Made by a program: the position numbers and the translations under genes. A stretch of DNA of 64,000 bases, taken from a virus. The notes beneath the pieces were generated by a model. It had not been told where the DNA came from, did not search any database, and saw only the letters and a program-made list of their open reading frames with translations. The stretch lies in the IMG/VR virus record IMGVR_UViG_3300029194_000183, positions 9,970-73,969 of that record, one strand, 5' to 3'. Below, piece after piece: positions 52,584-61,721 of this stretch; positions within the stretch are counted from its first letter, which is position 1, and each line of letters opens with the position of its first letter.

Positions 52584-53350
52584 ACAGCCTCCTCTCCGAG
52601 CATCTGCTCTTTTGCTTTCAGGTAGAAGTCCCTGGACACTTCAAATCCGTAGCTGTCACGTCCCAGTTCTCTGGCCGCCCGGAGCGTTGCACCGCTGCCG
52701 GCGCAAGGATCAATGACCACATCTCCGGGATCGGTAAAGATCTCGATCAGGCGTTTCAGCACGGACACCGGTTTCTGAGACGGATGGATCTTTGGATAGT
52801 CCTTGCCATCCCGTTTCCAGTCAAACCAGTTGAAGATCATGTGGGACTTGCCGTCTTCACCGACGTTGTTGAACTTCGGGAGCTTGCCCCGGTAGAGGAC
52901 CAGCGCATACTCCGTTGCACCCACGATCTTCATGTTGGCTTTCAAGACCTGCGGGCTGTAGTTCTTACAGAAGGTCAGCGGGATATAGTTCTTGAAGCCG
53001 TACTTCTCAGCTTCCGTGATGACCTTGGGGATCTGCTGGAACGCACAGAACACGATCATGCACGGTGCGCCCTTTTCCCCTTTCATGGGTTCTTTCTTCA
53101 GCAGCCGGTTACAGAAATGGAAATATTCTGCGATATTGAAAGTGAAGTCGGTGTTGAATGCCGCTTTCCGGGCCTTATCGCTCTCTCCATTCCGGTTATC
53201 TCCGTCTACATACCAATCCGGGCGGCTGGCGTAGAAGTCCGACCCGATGTTATACGGGATGTCGGCGATCACCAGCTGTGCCTTGGGGATGTTGTAGGAC
53301 TTGAAGTTCTGGAAGTTGTCATGGAACAGGACACATCTGGGTTCAGTCAT
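52580..53350 (-). CDS. DNA methyltransferase (N6-adenine/N4-cytosine class, DPPY-type)
   Basis: QLVIADIPYNIG motif IV variant; SAM-binding motif VIDPCAGSGATL near the C-terminus. RBS AGGAGG precedes ATG MTEPRCV. Confidence 0.75.
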   Translation of the reverse strand: MTEPRCVLFHDNFQNFKSYNIPKAQLVIADIPYNIGSDFYASRPDWYVDGDNRNGESDKARKAAFNTDFTFNIAEYFHFCNRLLKKEPMKGEKGAPCMIVFCAFQQIPKVITEAEKYGFKNYIPLTFCKNYSPQVLKANMKIVGATEYALVLYRGKLPKFNNVGEDGKSHMIFNWFDWKRDGKDYPKIHPSQKPVSVLKRLIEIFTDPGDVVIDPCAGSGATLRAARELGRDSYGFEVSRDFYLKAKEQMLGEEAV

Positions 53351-54611
53351 CTGCGCCCTCCTGTTCCGGCTGGAAGGACGCCACCTCATCGAACTTCAGC
53401 TTTTGACCGTCACGGAGGACATACACATCCTCGTAGCGACCTTCGCTGTGTTCGATATAGCGCTTGACGATAACATCCACGAACTTGGGGTCAAGCTCAA
53501 TGCCCCGGCACACCCGGTCAGTCTCCTCACAGGCGATCAAGGTCGAGCCGCTGCCGAGGAAGGGGTCAAGGACGATGCCGTTGGTCATGGTGGAGTTGCG
53601 GATGGGATAGCTCATCAGGCCGATGGGCTTCATAGTCGGGTGGTCCTTGTTTGCTTTGGGACGGTCGTACTCCCAGATGGTGGTCTGCTTACGGTCAGAG
53701 TACCACTGGTGCTTGCCCTTCAGTTTCCATCCATAGAGGCAGGGTTCATGCTGCCACTGATAGGGACTGCGACCCAGCACCAGAGCATTCTTTTTCCAGA
53801 TACAGCACCCGGACAGATAGAATCCCGCATCCTTGAATGCCTTTCGGAAATTCAGACCTTCCGTGTCGGCGTGGAAAATGTAGATGGAACCATCATCTGC
53901 CAGATGACCGTGCATCTGCTTGAACGCCGCCAGCAGGAACTCGTAGAATTCCGAGTCGCCCATGTTGTCGTTCAGGATCTTGCCAGCCGTTTCTTCCACG
54001 TCCACATTGTACGGGGGATCGGAAAGCACAAGGTTGGCCTTCACGCCGTCCATCAGGGTGTCGTAGCATTCGGCCTTGGTGGAATCGCCGCACAGAACTC
54101 TGTGCTTGCCCAGCATCCAGAGGTCGCCCGCTTTGGAAAAGCACGGCTGTTTCAGCTCGGACTCCACATCGAAGTCATCTTCTTTGACCTCTTTGTTGTG
54201 GACCTTGTTGAACAGCGTCTCGATCTCAGGCGGGTCAAAACCCGTCTTGCCCAGGTCGAAGTTGGATTCCTCGATGTCTTTGAGCAGGTCGGCCAGCAGG
54301 GTGTCATCCCATGCGCCCGTGATTTTGTTGAGCGCAATGTTCAGCGCCTTTTCTCTGGTCTTGTCGATGTCCACCACCGCACACGGAACTTCCGTGTAGC
54401 CCAGATCCATGGCAACGGTCAAACGCTGATGGCCGCCAATAATTGTCATGTCGGCATTGACCACCAGCGGGTCGGCAAACCCGAACTCCGTAATGGAGTT
54501 CTTAATCTTCTCGTACTCCTTATCCCCCGGCTTCAGTTTTTTCCGGGGATTGTATGCGGCCGGCTTGAGTACGGACACCGGCAGCATTTTCAGTTCAGCG
54601 GTTGCTTTCAT
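53343..54611 (-). CDS. ParB-like nuclease domain fused to an N6/N4 DNA methyltransferase
   Basis: The N-terminus LPVSVLKPAAYNPRKK...GGHQRLTVAMDLGYTEVPCAVVD is ParB/Srx-like. MTase motif IV is VLSDPPYNVD and motif I is LDPFLGSGSTLIACE. RBS GAAGGAGG. Confidence 0.8.
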   Translation of the reverse strand: MKATAELKMLPVSVLKPAAYNPRKKLKPGDKEYEKIKNSITEFGFADPLVVNADMTIIGGHQRLTVAMDLGYTEVPCAVVDIDKTREKALNIALNKITGAWDDTLLADLLKDIEESNFDLGKTGFDPPEIETLFNKVHNKEVKEDDFDVESELKQPCFSKAGDLWMLGKHRVLCGDSTKAECYDTLMDGVKANLVLSDPPYNVDVEETAGKILNDNMGDSEFYEFLLAAFKQMHGHLADDGSIYIFHADTEGLNFRKAFKDAGFYLSGCCIWKKNALVLGRSPYQWQHEPCLYGWKLKGKHQWYSDRKQTTIWEYDRPKANKDHPTMKPIGLMSYPIRNSTMTNGIVLDPFLGSGSTLIACEETDRVCRGIELDPKFVDVIVKRYIEHSEGRYEDVYVLRDGQKLKFDEVASFQPEQEGADD

Positions 54612-54622
54612 GTAGTCCTCCT

Positions 54623-54856
54623 TCACACGCACATGACCTCAGAGAACGGCACGAAAAAGGAGCCGAACTGAAAGCCCGACTCCAACTCATCGCTATCCCC
54701 GCCCATCTCCGACTGCGGCTTTTCCGTAATCGGATACCACTCCGGGTTCTCCCCGTTCATGGAGGCAAGGACCCTGTCCTCTGCATGATCGATCTCATGT
54801 ACGCAGATGCCCCCGGTGTTGAACATCGGGAACACGCCGATTGTCTTATTCTCCAT
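54623..54856 (-). CDS. Hypothetical small protein (77 aa)
   Basis: RBS AAAGGAG 9 nt before ATG MENKTIGVF. Confidence 0.35.
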   Translation of the reverse strand: MENKTIGVFPMFNTGGICVHEIDHAEDRVLASMNGENPEWYPITEKPQSEMGGDSDELESGFQFGSFFVPFSEVMCV

Positions 54857-55148
54857 CGCTATGTTCTCCTTTCGCCCTGCCCTTGTTGGCACAGGCACGG
54901 CTGCAATATTTTCTCGGAAGCCCGTACTGGTGACGGTAGGAAAACTCCCTGCCGCACACCGGGCAGACCTTTGACCGCACGGTCTTCCAGTTCTGCGGTC
55001 GCGGATGGGTGTTGTTCCACTTGGAGCGGCATTCCGGGGAGCAAAACTTTCGTGGTCTGCCCCGGTGGTTCGGAACGATGGCAGTTCCGCACTGCGGACA
55101 GAAGGCAAACGCCATGTCCTTGACCATTTCCGCTGTGTAATCCTGCAT
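54846..55148 (-). CDS. Zinc-ribbon protein (two CxxC-x15-CxxC units)
   Basis: CPQCG...CSPEC and CPVCG...CSRAC. Confidence 0.4.
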   Translation of the reverse strand: MQDYTAEMVKDMAFAFCPQCGTAIVPNHRGRPRKFCSPECRSKWNNTHPRPQNWKTVRSKVCPVCGREFSYRHQYGLPRKYCSRACANKGRAKGEHSDGE

Positions 55149-55547
55149 CTGTCCTCACCTGCCCCTCATTTTTCGCCGTTTCTGTGGCGTTTTCAGTGGA
55201 AAATCTCAAAAAGCATACGAAAAGAGGCAAAGTGAAAATCGGACCTGCCCCGCCGGGTTACATTGTTTTTGCGGCGTCCGATTTTCGACTGCCTCTGTTC
55301 CTCCCGGAACAAGCTAAAGCGTATGAAAAGTTCTGTATTGCAAGGTTTTTCACACGCTTTGGTTCGTTTCGGGGGAAAACAAAAGGCACCGGAGCGTTCA
55401 CCCCGATGCCCTCATCTTCACCTTGTTCATTTTGCGCCGTTAATTTCGGGACCCCCGGCCTATGAATTTTGCGTTTTTTCACACGAAAGGGGCCACCGGT
55501 CTCCGTGTGACTTCACTGTAGAGAAGTGACCCCGGCCCCGGCGGGGG

Positions 55548-55907
55548 TCAGTATTGGTACACCGGGTTGATGTCTTTGGTCAGAGTCTTGCGGTCATGGC
55601 ATTGCTTACAAAGCGGCTGCCAGTTAGCATCGTCCCAGAAAAGTCTGGGATCGCCACGGTGCGGTGTGATGTGGTCCACCACGGTGGCTTTCGTGTATTT
55701 TCCCTGCCTCATGCACTCGGCGCAGAGCGGATGGGCTTGGAGATACTGCTTGCTTATTTTTTGCCACTGTCGTGTGTAGCCCCGCTTTCCGGCAGAGCGC
55801 GTCACTTCCGGGTGCAGCGGCAGGTGCTTCTCACAGTAGAGGATGCCGGGTTCAACCAGCTCCGGGCAGCCGGAGTGTCGGCATGGCACCTTGGGTCTGC
55901 GGGGCAC
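55548..55907 (-). CDS. HNH endonuclease
   Basis: CRHSGCPELV...YCEKHL...HPLCAECMRQGKYTKATVVDHITPHRGDPRLFWDDANWQPLCKQCHDRKT shows the HNH/Zn-finger motif with catalytic His and Asn. Confidence 0.75.
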   Translation of the reverse strand: MPRRPKVPCRHSGCPELVEPGILYCEKHLPLHPEVTRSAGKRGYTRQWQKISKQYLQAHPLCAECMRQGKYTKATVVDHITPHRGDPRLFWDDANWQPLCKQCHDRKTLTKDINPVYQY

Positions 55908-55910
55908 GGG

Positions 55911-56978
55911 TCATTCCTCCCACGGCAGACCGGGCTTGCCGAAGTGACCGTAGGCACTGACCTTGTTGTAGTCAACGTCCAGCAGACCCAGACGCTTGAT
56001 GATGCCCTGCGGAGTCAGGTCGTAGCTGTCACGGACGTAGGCTTCGATGAACTCCGGTGCTTCATGCTCCGTACCGAAGCACTCCACCGACACGCCCACC
56101 GGCTGTACCACGCCGATGGCGTAGGCCAACTGGACTTCACACTTGTCAGCGTAGCCGGCCTGTACGATGTCCTTGGCGATCTTCCGCGCCATATATGCTG
56201 CGGAGCGATCCACCTTGGTGGGGTCCTTGCCGGACAGTGCGCCACCGCCCATTCGACCGATGCCGCCGTAAGTATCACACGCCAGCTTCCGACCGGTCAC
56301 ACCGCAGTCGGCATAACTGCCGCCCAGCACGAACCGGCCGGTGGGATTGACGAGCTTCTGGAAGTCACCGTCCAGTCCGTACTCACAGGCGGCAAGCACC
56401 ATCATGGATTCGATAATGTGGCGGAAGTCGCTGACCTCCACGTCCGGGCTGTGCTGCACGGAGCAGAGGAACGTAGTGATTCGGCCGGTGTCGTAGTCGT
56501 AGCTGACCTGCGCCTTGGCATCTGCCCGGAACATCTTGGACGGATGGTTCTTCAGCAGTTGCAGGAACTTGGTGGCGACCATGTAGGGGATCGGCATCTG
56601 TTCGGCGGTCTCGTTGGTGGCGTAGCCGTACATGATGCCCTGGTCACCGGCACCGCCCTTATCCACGCCCAGTGCAATATCCGGCGACTGCATATCGACC
56701 AGGATGCCGATGCGGAGCAGTTCCCGGAAATCAAAGCCCATCTTGTCTGCACCGATACGGGTGATGACCTCATGGACGATCTGCTGGTAGTTGGGCTGGT
56801 AATCGGTGGTGACCTCGCCAGCGATAAAGAGCTGGCTGCGTTTCAGCAGACACTCGGTTGCCACACGGGCGTTCTTGTCGTGCTGGAGGATGTCGGTCAC
56901 AATGGCATCTGCGATCTGGTCGCAGATCTTGTCCGGGTGGCCGTTGCTGACCTGCTCACAGGTGATAATCTTGCTCAT
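55911..56978 (-). CDS. metK: S-adenosylmethionine synthetase (methionine adenosyltransferase) homolog, phage-encoded
   Basis: GHPDKICDQIADA, GAGDQGIMYGYATNE, GGGALSGKDPTKVDRSAAYMARKIAKDIV and DTYGG are MetK signature motifs. 355 aa, slightly shorter than bacterial MetK. Confidence 0.9.
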   Translation of the reverse strand: MSKIITCEQVSNGHPDKICDQIADAIVTDILQHDKNARVATECLLKRSQLFIAGEVTTDYQPNYQQIVHEVITRIGADKMGFDFRELLRIGILVDMQSPDIALGVDKGGAGDQGIMYGYATNETAEQMPIPYMVATKFLQLLKNHPSKMFRADAKAQVSYDYDTGRITTFLCSVQHSPDVEVSDFRHIIESMMVLAACEYGLDGDFQKLVNPTGRFVLGGSYADCGVTGRKLACDTYGGIGRMGGGALSGKDPTKVDRSAAYMARKIAKDIVQAGYADKCEVQLAYAIGVVQPVGVSVECFGTEHEAPEFIEAYVRDSYDLTPQGIIKRLGLLDVDYNKVSAYGHFGKPGLPWEE

Positions 56979-57059
56979 AGCTGTTCCTCGCTTTCATGTA
57001 TCACAAAGCAGGCCGCCTTTGCCGTTGCCCACAAACGTAGGCTCCCACAAAAGCTGCCT

Positions 57060-57360
57060 GCTCAGTATCGTGTGGTTTTCATCTTTTTGTTGCTGGCCTG
57101 TTGCCGGTTCTTCCCTCACAAAATGAGGGGTCAGATTCTTGAAAAGCATTGTTATTACGATGTTTTCAAGGCTTTCATTCTACTCTTTTTATCTTTTGTT
57201 GCTAATGTTGCTGGTAAAAAGTAAATCGCATATAAAAGAAAAGAATAATAAAAAAATAGGGTTTTGAGTCGCAACATCAGCAACACGTCCAAAAGCGCCG
57301 ATATATCAGCGTTTTTCTGTTGCCGGTCTGTTGCCGATGTTGCTGGTCGAGGCTCAGAAG
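57060..57360. repeat. Iteron array (at least 9 copies of TGTTGCYRR, spaced 9–11 bp, one inverted pair) around an AT-rich tract; candidate replication origin
   Basis: gttgctggcctgttgccgg; gttgctaatgttgctgg; the AT-rich stretch aaaagtaaatcgcatataaaagaaaagaataataaaaaaatag; the inverted pair cgcaacatcagcaacacg; gttgccggtctgttgccgatgttgctgg. Non-coding, directly downstream of the primase gene. Confidence 0.5.
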
Positions 57361-57450
57361 TGGTCTTGCAGTTCTGTAAAACCCAACTTTTGTGGCCATG
57401 GTGAGTCGCTTTCACGACTGAGCCGTGCCGCCCTTGTGTTCACTCTGCGG

Positions 57451-59859
57451 TCACTCCGGCACTACATTGAAGTCGCCTTTTGTGGTTTCGGAGAGGCAGA
57501 ATTCCACGCCCAAAACGATCTGTGTTGTACTGCCGACACCATCCGCCGGACGCTTTTTCTGCACTGTGTACCTCTTGTCGATCTCGGCATTCAGCACCTT
57601 GGCCGAGTCTGCCCTGTACCCGTTTTCAGCACACCATTCCTTGTAGCGTGTATAAACGGCAGCACGGCGAAGCTCACTATCTGCTTTCGGCTGGAGGCAT
57701 TCACTGAAGAACTGCCCCATCTTATCCGAGAACATCTGGTAGTCCATGGTGGCCTGTACGACAGAGTCTGGCATCTCCAACCCCTGACTGCGGAACATCT
57801 TATAGCCTTCGAGCATCCAGTTCAGGATGCCGGACATATTTTCCGGTTCTGCAAAGAAGCCCTTCAATCCCTTATCCTGCTCTTTTTCATCAAAGTGGCG
57901 GTCAAAGGGAATGATTTTGATTCGACCGGACTCGAACAAAGTCAGATCCGTGATGTTCGGACGATGGTTCGTGTTGATGAAGATCTTGAAGTTCGGGCGG
58001 AACTCAAAACTGTTCTCGTGCAGATACCGAGCGGTAATCGTATCGTTGCCGGTCAGTCGCTTGGTCAGAGCTGCATCCAACGTGATCTTCTTCTCAGGCT
58101 CAGAAATGTTGACGAACCGGGAGCCGGCAAGACGAGCGATCTCCTCAGACGGTCCACCACTCTGGGCATTGAACTTTGCCTGCAGCATGGTGGGGTCGGC
58201 GTTTTTGCCGTACTCGCCCATGATCCGCAGGATGCTTTCCATGGTGGTGCCCTTGCCGTTTCGGGAAGTAGGACCATAGAGGATGAACAGACATTCCATC
58301 CTCGTATCACCGGTCAAGGCGTATCCGATGGCTTTTTGCAGATAGTCGGCTCTCGCCTTATCTCCTTGCATGATTTCTGTGATGAAAGTCCGCCAGCGAG
58401 GACAGTCTGCTTTCGGGTCATAGATGACCGGGGACACCTTTGTGAGGTAGTCGTCCGGGCGGTGTTCCCGGAACTCCATCGTCCGCAGATCCAGCGTTCC
58501 GTTCTGGCAGTTGAACAGGTAGATGTCCCGGTCGTAGTGTTTCATGGACAGTGGGAACACAGACTTTGCATCCTTCAGCATGGTTTCCCGATGCTTTCGG
58601 AGCTGGAGCTTCCGCACCCGGTCGATGAATCGCTTTCGAGCATCCTCCTCTGTGATCGTCAGGGCAAACACATACAGCTTGTCCGCCAGCAACTTCGCCA
58701 GTTCCGCCACCTTGAGGTTTTCCGTGTCCGGCTGCCAGACCTTCCCGTCGTAAACATACCAGATGCCACGCTCACTGTTATACCGGGCGATGGGCTTGAA
58801 GAAATCGGCAAACATATTGCCCATACCGATCTCATCCCTGCCGTATCTGGGATTCGTGTGCGGAGCCATCTCATCCAGTGACAGGGTGAGCTTGGTGATG
58901 TCCGGCTGGAACTCCGGGGATTTAGACTCCGGGTCAAGGTTTGTGAACTCCTCGTCCACGATGTCCTGTGCGTTGACCGGAACGTACACCGCTGCACAGG
59001 TGTTGACGGTGTTCCGAATGGAGATTGCGCCGTAAGTCGTACCGGCCTGCCGGCGATCCCACTTGTCACGCATCAGGCCGGAGGTTCGGAAGATGCGGTC
59101 CATCTGTTCTTCATCGCAGCCGCACCAGAACGCGAGGATGGACAGAAGTGCCATGTCCGCATCCGACTGGCTGTCATAGAGTTCTTCCCAGTCACCGGCA
59201 TAGAGCTTCTTGAACTTGTCACCGTTGCTGGCTTCATCAGCATGGGCAATGACCGCGTCATCGTCCAAATACGAGTGATGCCGGAGCTGTGTGTTCTGCA
59301 CCTGCTTGTTGCGCTTCATCAGCGAGTCCAGCAAGGTGGTCATAGCCGTCTCATCGTTGGGGATCTCCCCTGTGCGGTAAACATCTCCCGTCACGGTGAC
59401 GAAGCGGTTTGTCGCACCGGGCATATACACTTCCAGCCCTTTGCTGCGGTTGTTGATGTAATAGACTGTCTTGTCGTAGACAAAATCTTCCGGCACGCAA
59501 AAAAAGCCTCGCAGTCCCTTACCGGACGGAGACTTCTCAACGTATGCCGTGGGGAAAATGGAAAGGACGGTCGCTGCTGTGTCGTTCAGCGTCCCGTCCT
59601 CTCTGAAACAGTGGTCGATATCAAAAGCGCCGATGCCGTTGCCGACCGCAATGCCGATGCCGTCATAACCGCCCATCGCATAAGCCATGAGGGTAGTCTT
59701 GAAATCGCCAAAGGTGCGCAAGTCGTTGATTCTGGCGCGGTCACCGTTGGCCGGATTGTACGGCATCTTGGTCTTCTGACCGCTTCGCTTTTCAAACTTC
59801 CAGACGCAGAACCGGCAGTCACTTTTCAGTCTCGCAGGGATATTCTTGATGTCTACCAC
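57451..59859 (-). CDS. Primase-helicase (prim-pol N-terminal domain + P4/D5-type SF3 helicase)
   Basis: The N-terminal bifunctional primase/polymerase-like region reads ...GIGIAVGNGIGAFDIDHC... The central primase C-terminal region is present. Walker A is ILYGPTSRNGKGT, and a D5_N-like region follows. 802 aa. GTG start with a GAAGGAGG RBS. Confidence 0.85.
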   Translation of the reverse strand: MVDIKNIPARLKSDCRFCVWKFEKRSGQKTKMPYNPANGDRARINDLRTFGDFKTTLMAYAMGGYDGIGIAVGNGIGAFDIDHCFREDGTLNDTAATVLSIFPTAYVEKSPSGKGLRGFFCVPEDFVYDKTVYYINNRSKGLEVYMPGATNRFVTVTGDVYRTGEIPNDETAMTTLLDSLMKRNKQVQNTQLRHHSYLDDDAVIAHADEASNGDKFKKLYAGDWEELYDSQSDADMALLSILAFWCGCDEEQMDRIFRTSGLMRDKWDRRQAGTTYGAISIRNTVNTCAAVYVPVNAQDIVDEEFTNLDPESKSPEFQPDITKLTLSLDEMAPHTNPRYGRDEIGMGNMFADFFKPIARYNSERGIWYVYDGKVWQPDTENLKVAELAKLLADKLYVFALTITEEDARKRFIDRVRKLQLRKHRETMLKDAKSVFPLSMKHYDRDIYLFNCQNGTLDLRTMEFREHRPDDYLTKVSPVIYDPKADCPRWRTFITEIMQGDKARADYLQKAIGYALTGDTRMECLFILYGPTSRNGKGTTMESILRIMGEYGKNADPTMLQAKFNAQSGGPSEEIARLAGSRFVNISEPEKKITLDAALTKRLTGNDTITARYLHENSFEFRPNFKIFINTNHRPNITDLTLFESGRIKIIPFDRHFDEKEQDKGLKGFFAEPENMSGILNWMLEGYKMFRSQGLEMPDSVVQATMDYQMFSDKMGQFFSECLQPKADSELRRAAVYTRYKEWCAENGYRADSAKVLNAEIDKRYTVQKKRPADGVGSTTQIVLGVEFCLSETTKGDFNVVPE

Positions 59860-59873
59860 GTTCTCGCCTCCTT

Positions 59874-60254
59874 CTAGGTAGTAGTGTCGGCAGTGCCCAT
59901 GTTAAAGAACACCGCAATGGCCTGCTCCACTTCCCGCTGCTTGGCGGTAGAGGTCAGGCTGCCCAGCTTGTTCAGCAGGGCGTTCTTTCCGATGGTCGTG
60001 ACCTGCTCTGCCAGTGCGACAGAGTTGCGCAGATACGCATGGTCATTGATCATCTGGCAGTCTGCCTCTGCGATCTGGATGTGCGTGGGCAGACCCAGCT
60101 TCTTCTGCACGGTGGTCAGCGGGATCACCGTGAGGGTGCTGGAAAAGCGGTTCGCCACATCGTTGCTAATGACCAGCACAGGGCGGCTGCCGCTTTGCAC
60201 GGAACTGCCGTAATGGTCGCCCAGCTCGGCAAACCAGATTTCAAACCGCTGCAC
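59874..60254 (-). CDS. MazF/PemK-fold protein (type II toxin-like endoribonuclease fold); start uncertain
   Basis: MVQRFEIWFAELGDHYGSSVQSGSRPVLVISNDVANRFSSTLTVIPLTT...PTHIQI...NSVALAEQVTTIGKNALLNKLGSL matches the MazF/PemK pattern (G-D-I-w-x-d, RP-vLViSND, P-T). No recognisable cognate antitoxin is found upstream. Confidence 0.55.
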   Translation of the reverse strand: MQRFEIWFAELGDHYGSSVQSGSRPVLVISNDVANRFSSTLTVIPLTTVQKKLGLPTHIQIAEADCQMINDHAYLRNSVALAEQVTTIGKNALLNKLGSLTSTAKQREVEQAIAVFFNMGTADTTT

Positions 60255-60569
60255 CATCTGCTGCGGTGTTTCCTGCTGCGGTATGTCCTGCCGCAACGCT
60301 TCCTTCTGGGCAGACTTTTCAGATCGGGCCGTGTGCTGCTTGCGGAGCAGCCGCCCTTTCTGGTTGATGTATTTATTCACATGAGGTCTTGAACGACCGT
60401 TCTTATTCTTGCGACCCAATGAAAACTCACCTCTTTTTCCCGGTCGATAGACCTTGGGTTGATGTAAAAGTAAAAAGCCGGACAGAGAAATCACAGCTTT
60501 GGCGGCGAAGCAATCGCCGCAACAAAAAAGCCGAAGCAAAGTCATTTCTGACCGCCTCGGCAATACGCT

Positions 60570-60610
60570 TCTCTATCCAGCTTTTCCAGTATAAATTATA
60601 CCAAATTGAG
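60570..60610 (-). promoter_or_regulatory. Extended -10 promoter (TGgTATAAT) with a weak -35 TTTACG, pointing at the mazF-like/primase operon
   Basis: Minus strand reads ctTTTACGgtacgccctcaatTTGgTATAATttatactgg. It is followed within about 120 nt by two hairpin+T-run structures (gccgaggc...gcttcggcTTTTTTg and tccggcTTTTTa). Confidence 0.35.
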
Positions 60611-60685
60611 GGCGTACCGTAAAGAAATGATTTTGTCAAGAAACCCTTGAAAATGTCAATAAACTACTGTAATGTGCGGTCTAGT

Positions 60686-61123
60686 TCAACTTTTTTCTTC
60701 AAGTTTTCGCAGCTCCAAAGCAAGCAGCTCCAAGCCCAACTTTTTGAAGTGTCGGGCACGATTTACTCCAAGTACATGATCTTGCAAATCACAGATTTCT
60801 TTGAGTGCTTTACCGTCCAAATAAAAGCCAACAACAGCCGCTCTTGCATTGGCATGTGGAATTGCCCATATCGCACGGATCAGCTTCTCCAGTGACTCCC
60901 ATTTCTGCTGACACTTCTTTTCCTTTTCTTCGAGCATGAATTGATACAGTTCTTGCTCGTTCTGGCTCACGGCTTTACCCAGACTTTCCTTGATGTCTGA
61001 CATTTCCTGCTCCATAGCCAGCAGTTCCTCTCGAATGTGGGGAATCGCCTTGCAACATTCAAGAGCGTGGTTCACCTCCGCCTCAGTTGGCGGATGATTT
61101 CCCAGAATACTCGGTCTTGCCAT
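60686..61123 (-). CDS. Putative phage transcriptional regulator (ArpU/RinA-like), weak call
   Basis: 145 aa; ...IREELLAMEQEMSDIKE... with a C-terminal HTH-like segment LKEICDLQDHVLGVNRARHFKKLGL. Its position just before the packaging module is typical of late activators. Confidence 0.3.
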   Translation of the reverse strand: MARPSILGNHPPTEAEVNHALECCKAIPHIREELLAMEQEMSDIKESLGKAVSQNEQELYQFMLEEKEKKCQQKWESLEKLIRAIWAIPHANARAAVVGFYLDGKALKEICDLQDHVLGVNRARHFKKLGLELLALELRKLEEKS

Positions 61124-61694
61124 TCTGTTTTCCTCCTCTCATGCGGTCTTTGTACTCCAAGACGACCGCAATTTTCTCTAGTGCCCTCTCCCGTTCAGCC
61201 TCCACAGTCTTCCGCCCCAGCACCTTGCCGGAGCTATCCTCCACCGTAGGGATGGCTTTCCGCTGCACAAAGAGCTGATGGGCAACAAGCTGTGTCCGTC
61301 CTCGCAGACTGCGCAGCCCGATTTCAAACAACTCGATCTCCTCACAGACCCGGCGGTAAGGAGTGATCAGTTCTTCCTCCCGGCGCTCCTGAATTTCTCG
61401 GTTCATGGATGCCAGTACCTTGTCGCAGTTGAGGACGGTGCGTTCCACCGGGTTGGACGTACCGCTTGTTTTAACTCGCTCGCCCTGCTCATGCGCTCCC
61501 TGCGACAGCTTGTAGATGACCTCGTCCCGGGTATAAAACCAGGCGTGGGATTCGTCGATCTGCCGCTTGAGTTCCTGCTTTCTCGCCAGAAGCTGTGGAT
61601 AGGAATCGGCCAGTTCTCTGGCTTTTTCCATATAATCCGGTGTCCCAACAGAGGTCTGCGCCTCACCGGGATGTGTTTCTTCGCTCATGGTCAA
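61083..61694 (-). CDS. Putative RinA-like regulator / hypothetical protein
   Basis: N-terminus ...ARELADSYPQLLARKQELKRQIDES... resembles the RinA-family N-terminal pattern (ELY.YPE.KKEI..LR.EI). 203 aa; overlaps the downstream ORF by 40 nt. Confidence 0.3.
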   Translation of the reverse strand: MTMSEETHPGEAQTSVGTPDYMEKARELADSYPQLLARKQELKRQIDESHAWFYTRDEVIYKLSQGAHEQGERVKTSGTSNPVERTVLNCDKVLASMNREIQERREEELITPYRRVCEEIELFEIGLRSLRGRTQLVAHQLFVQRKAIPTVEDSSGKVLGRKTVEAERERALEKIAVVLEYKDRMRGGKQNGKTEYSGKSSAN

Positions 61695-61721
61695 GCCCTC
61701 CTTTCTGACCGATGTTCTGTA

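Noticed and set aside
57155-57415. 86-aa minus-strand ORF
   Set aside because: It lies entirely within the iteron/AT-rich candidate origin. It has no RBS and its hydrophobic, low-complexity translation is typical of AT-rich non-coding DNA.
55554-58881. Plus-strand ORFs 55554–57224 and 57331–58881
   Set aside because: They are antisense to metK and to the primase gene.
60427-60639. 70-aa minus-strand ORF upstream of the MazF-like gene
   Set aside because: It overlaps the predicted promoter and terminator-hairpin leader. It has no RBS and shows no similarity to MazE/PemI-type antitoxins.
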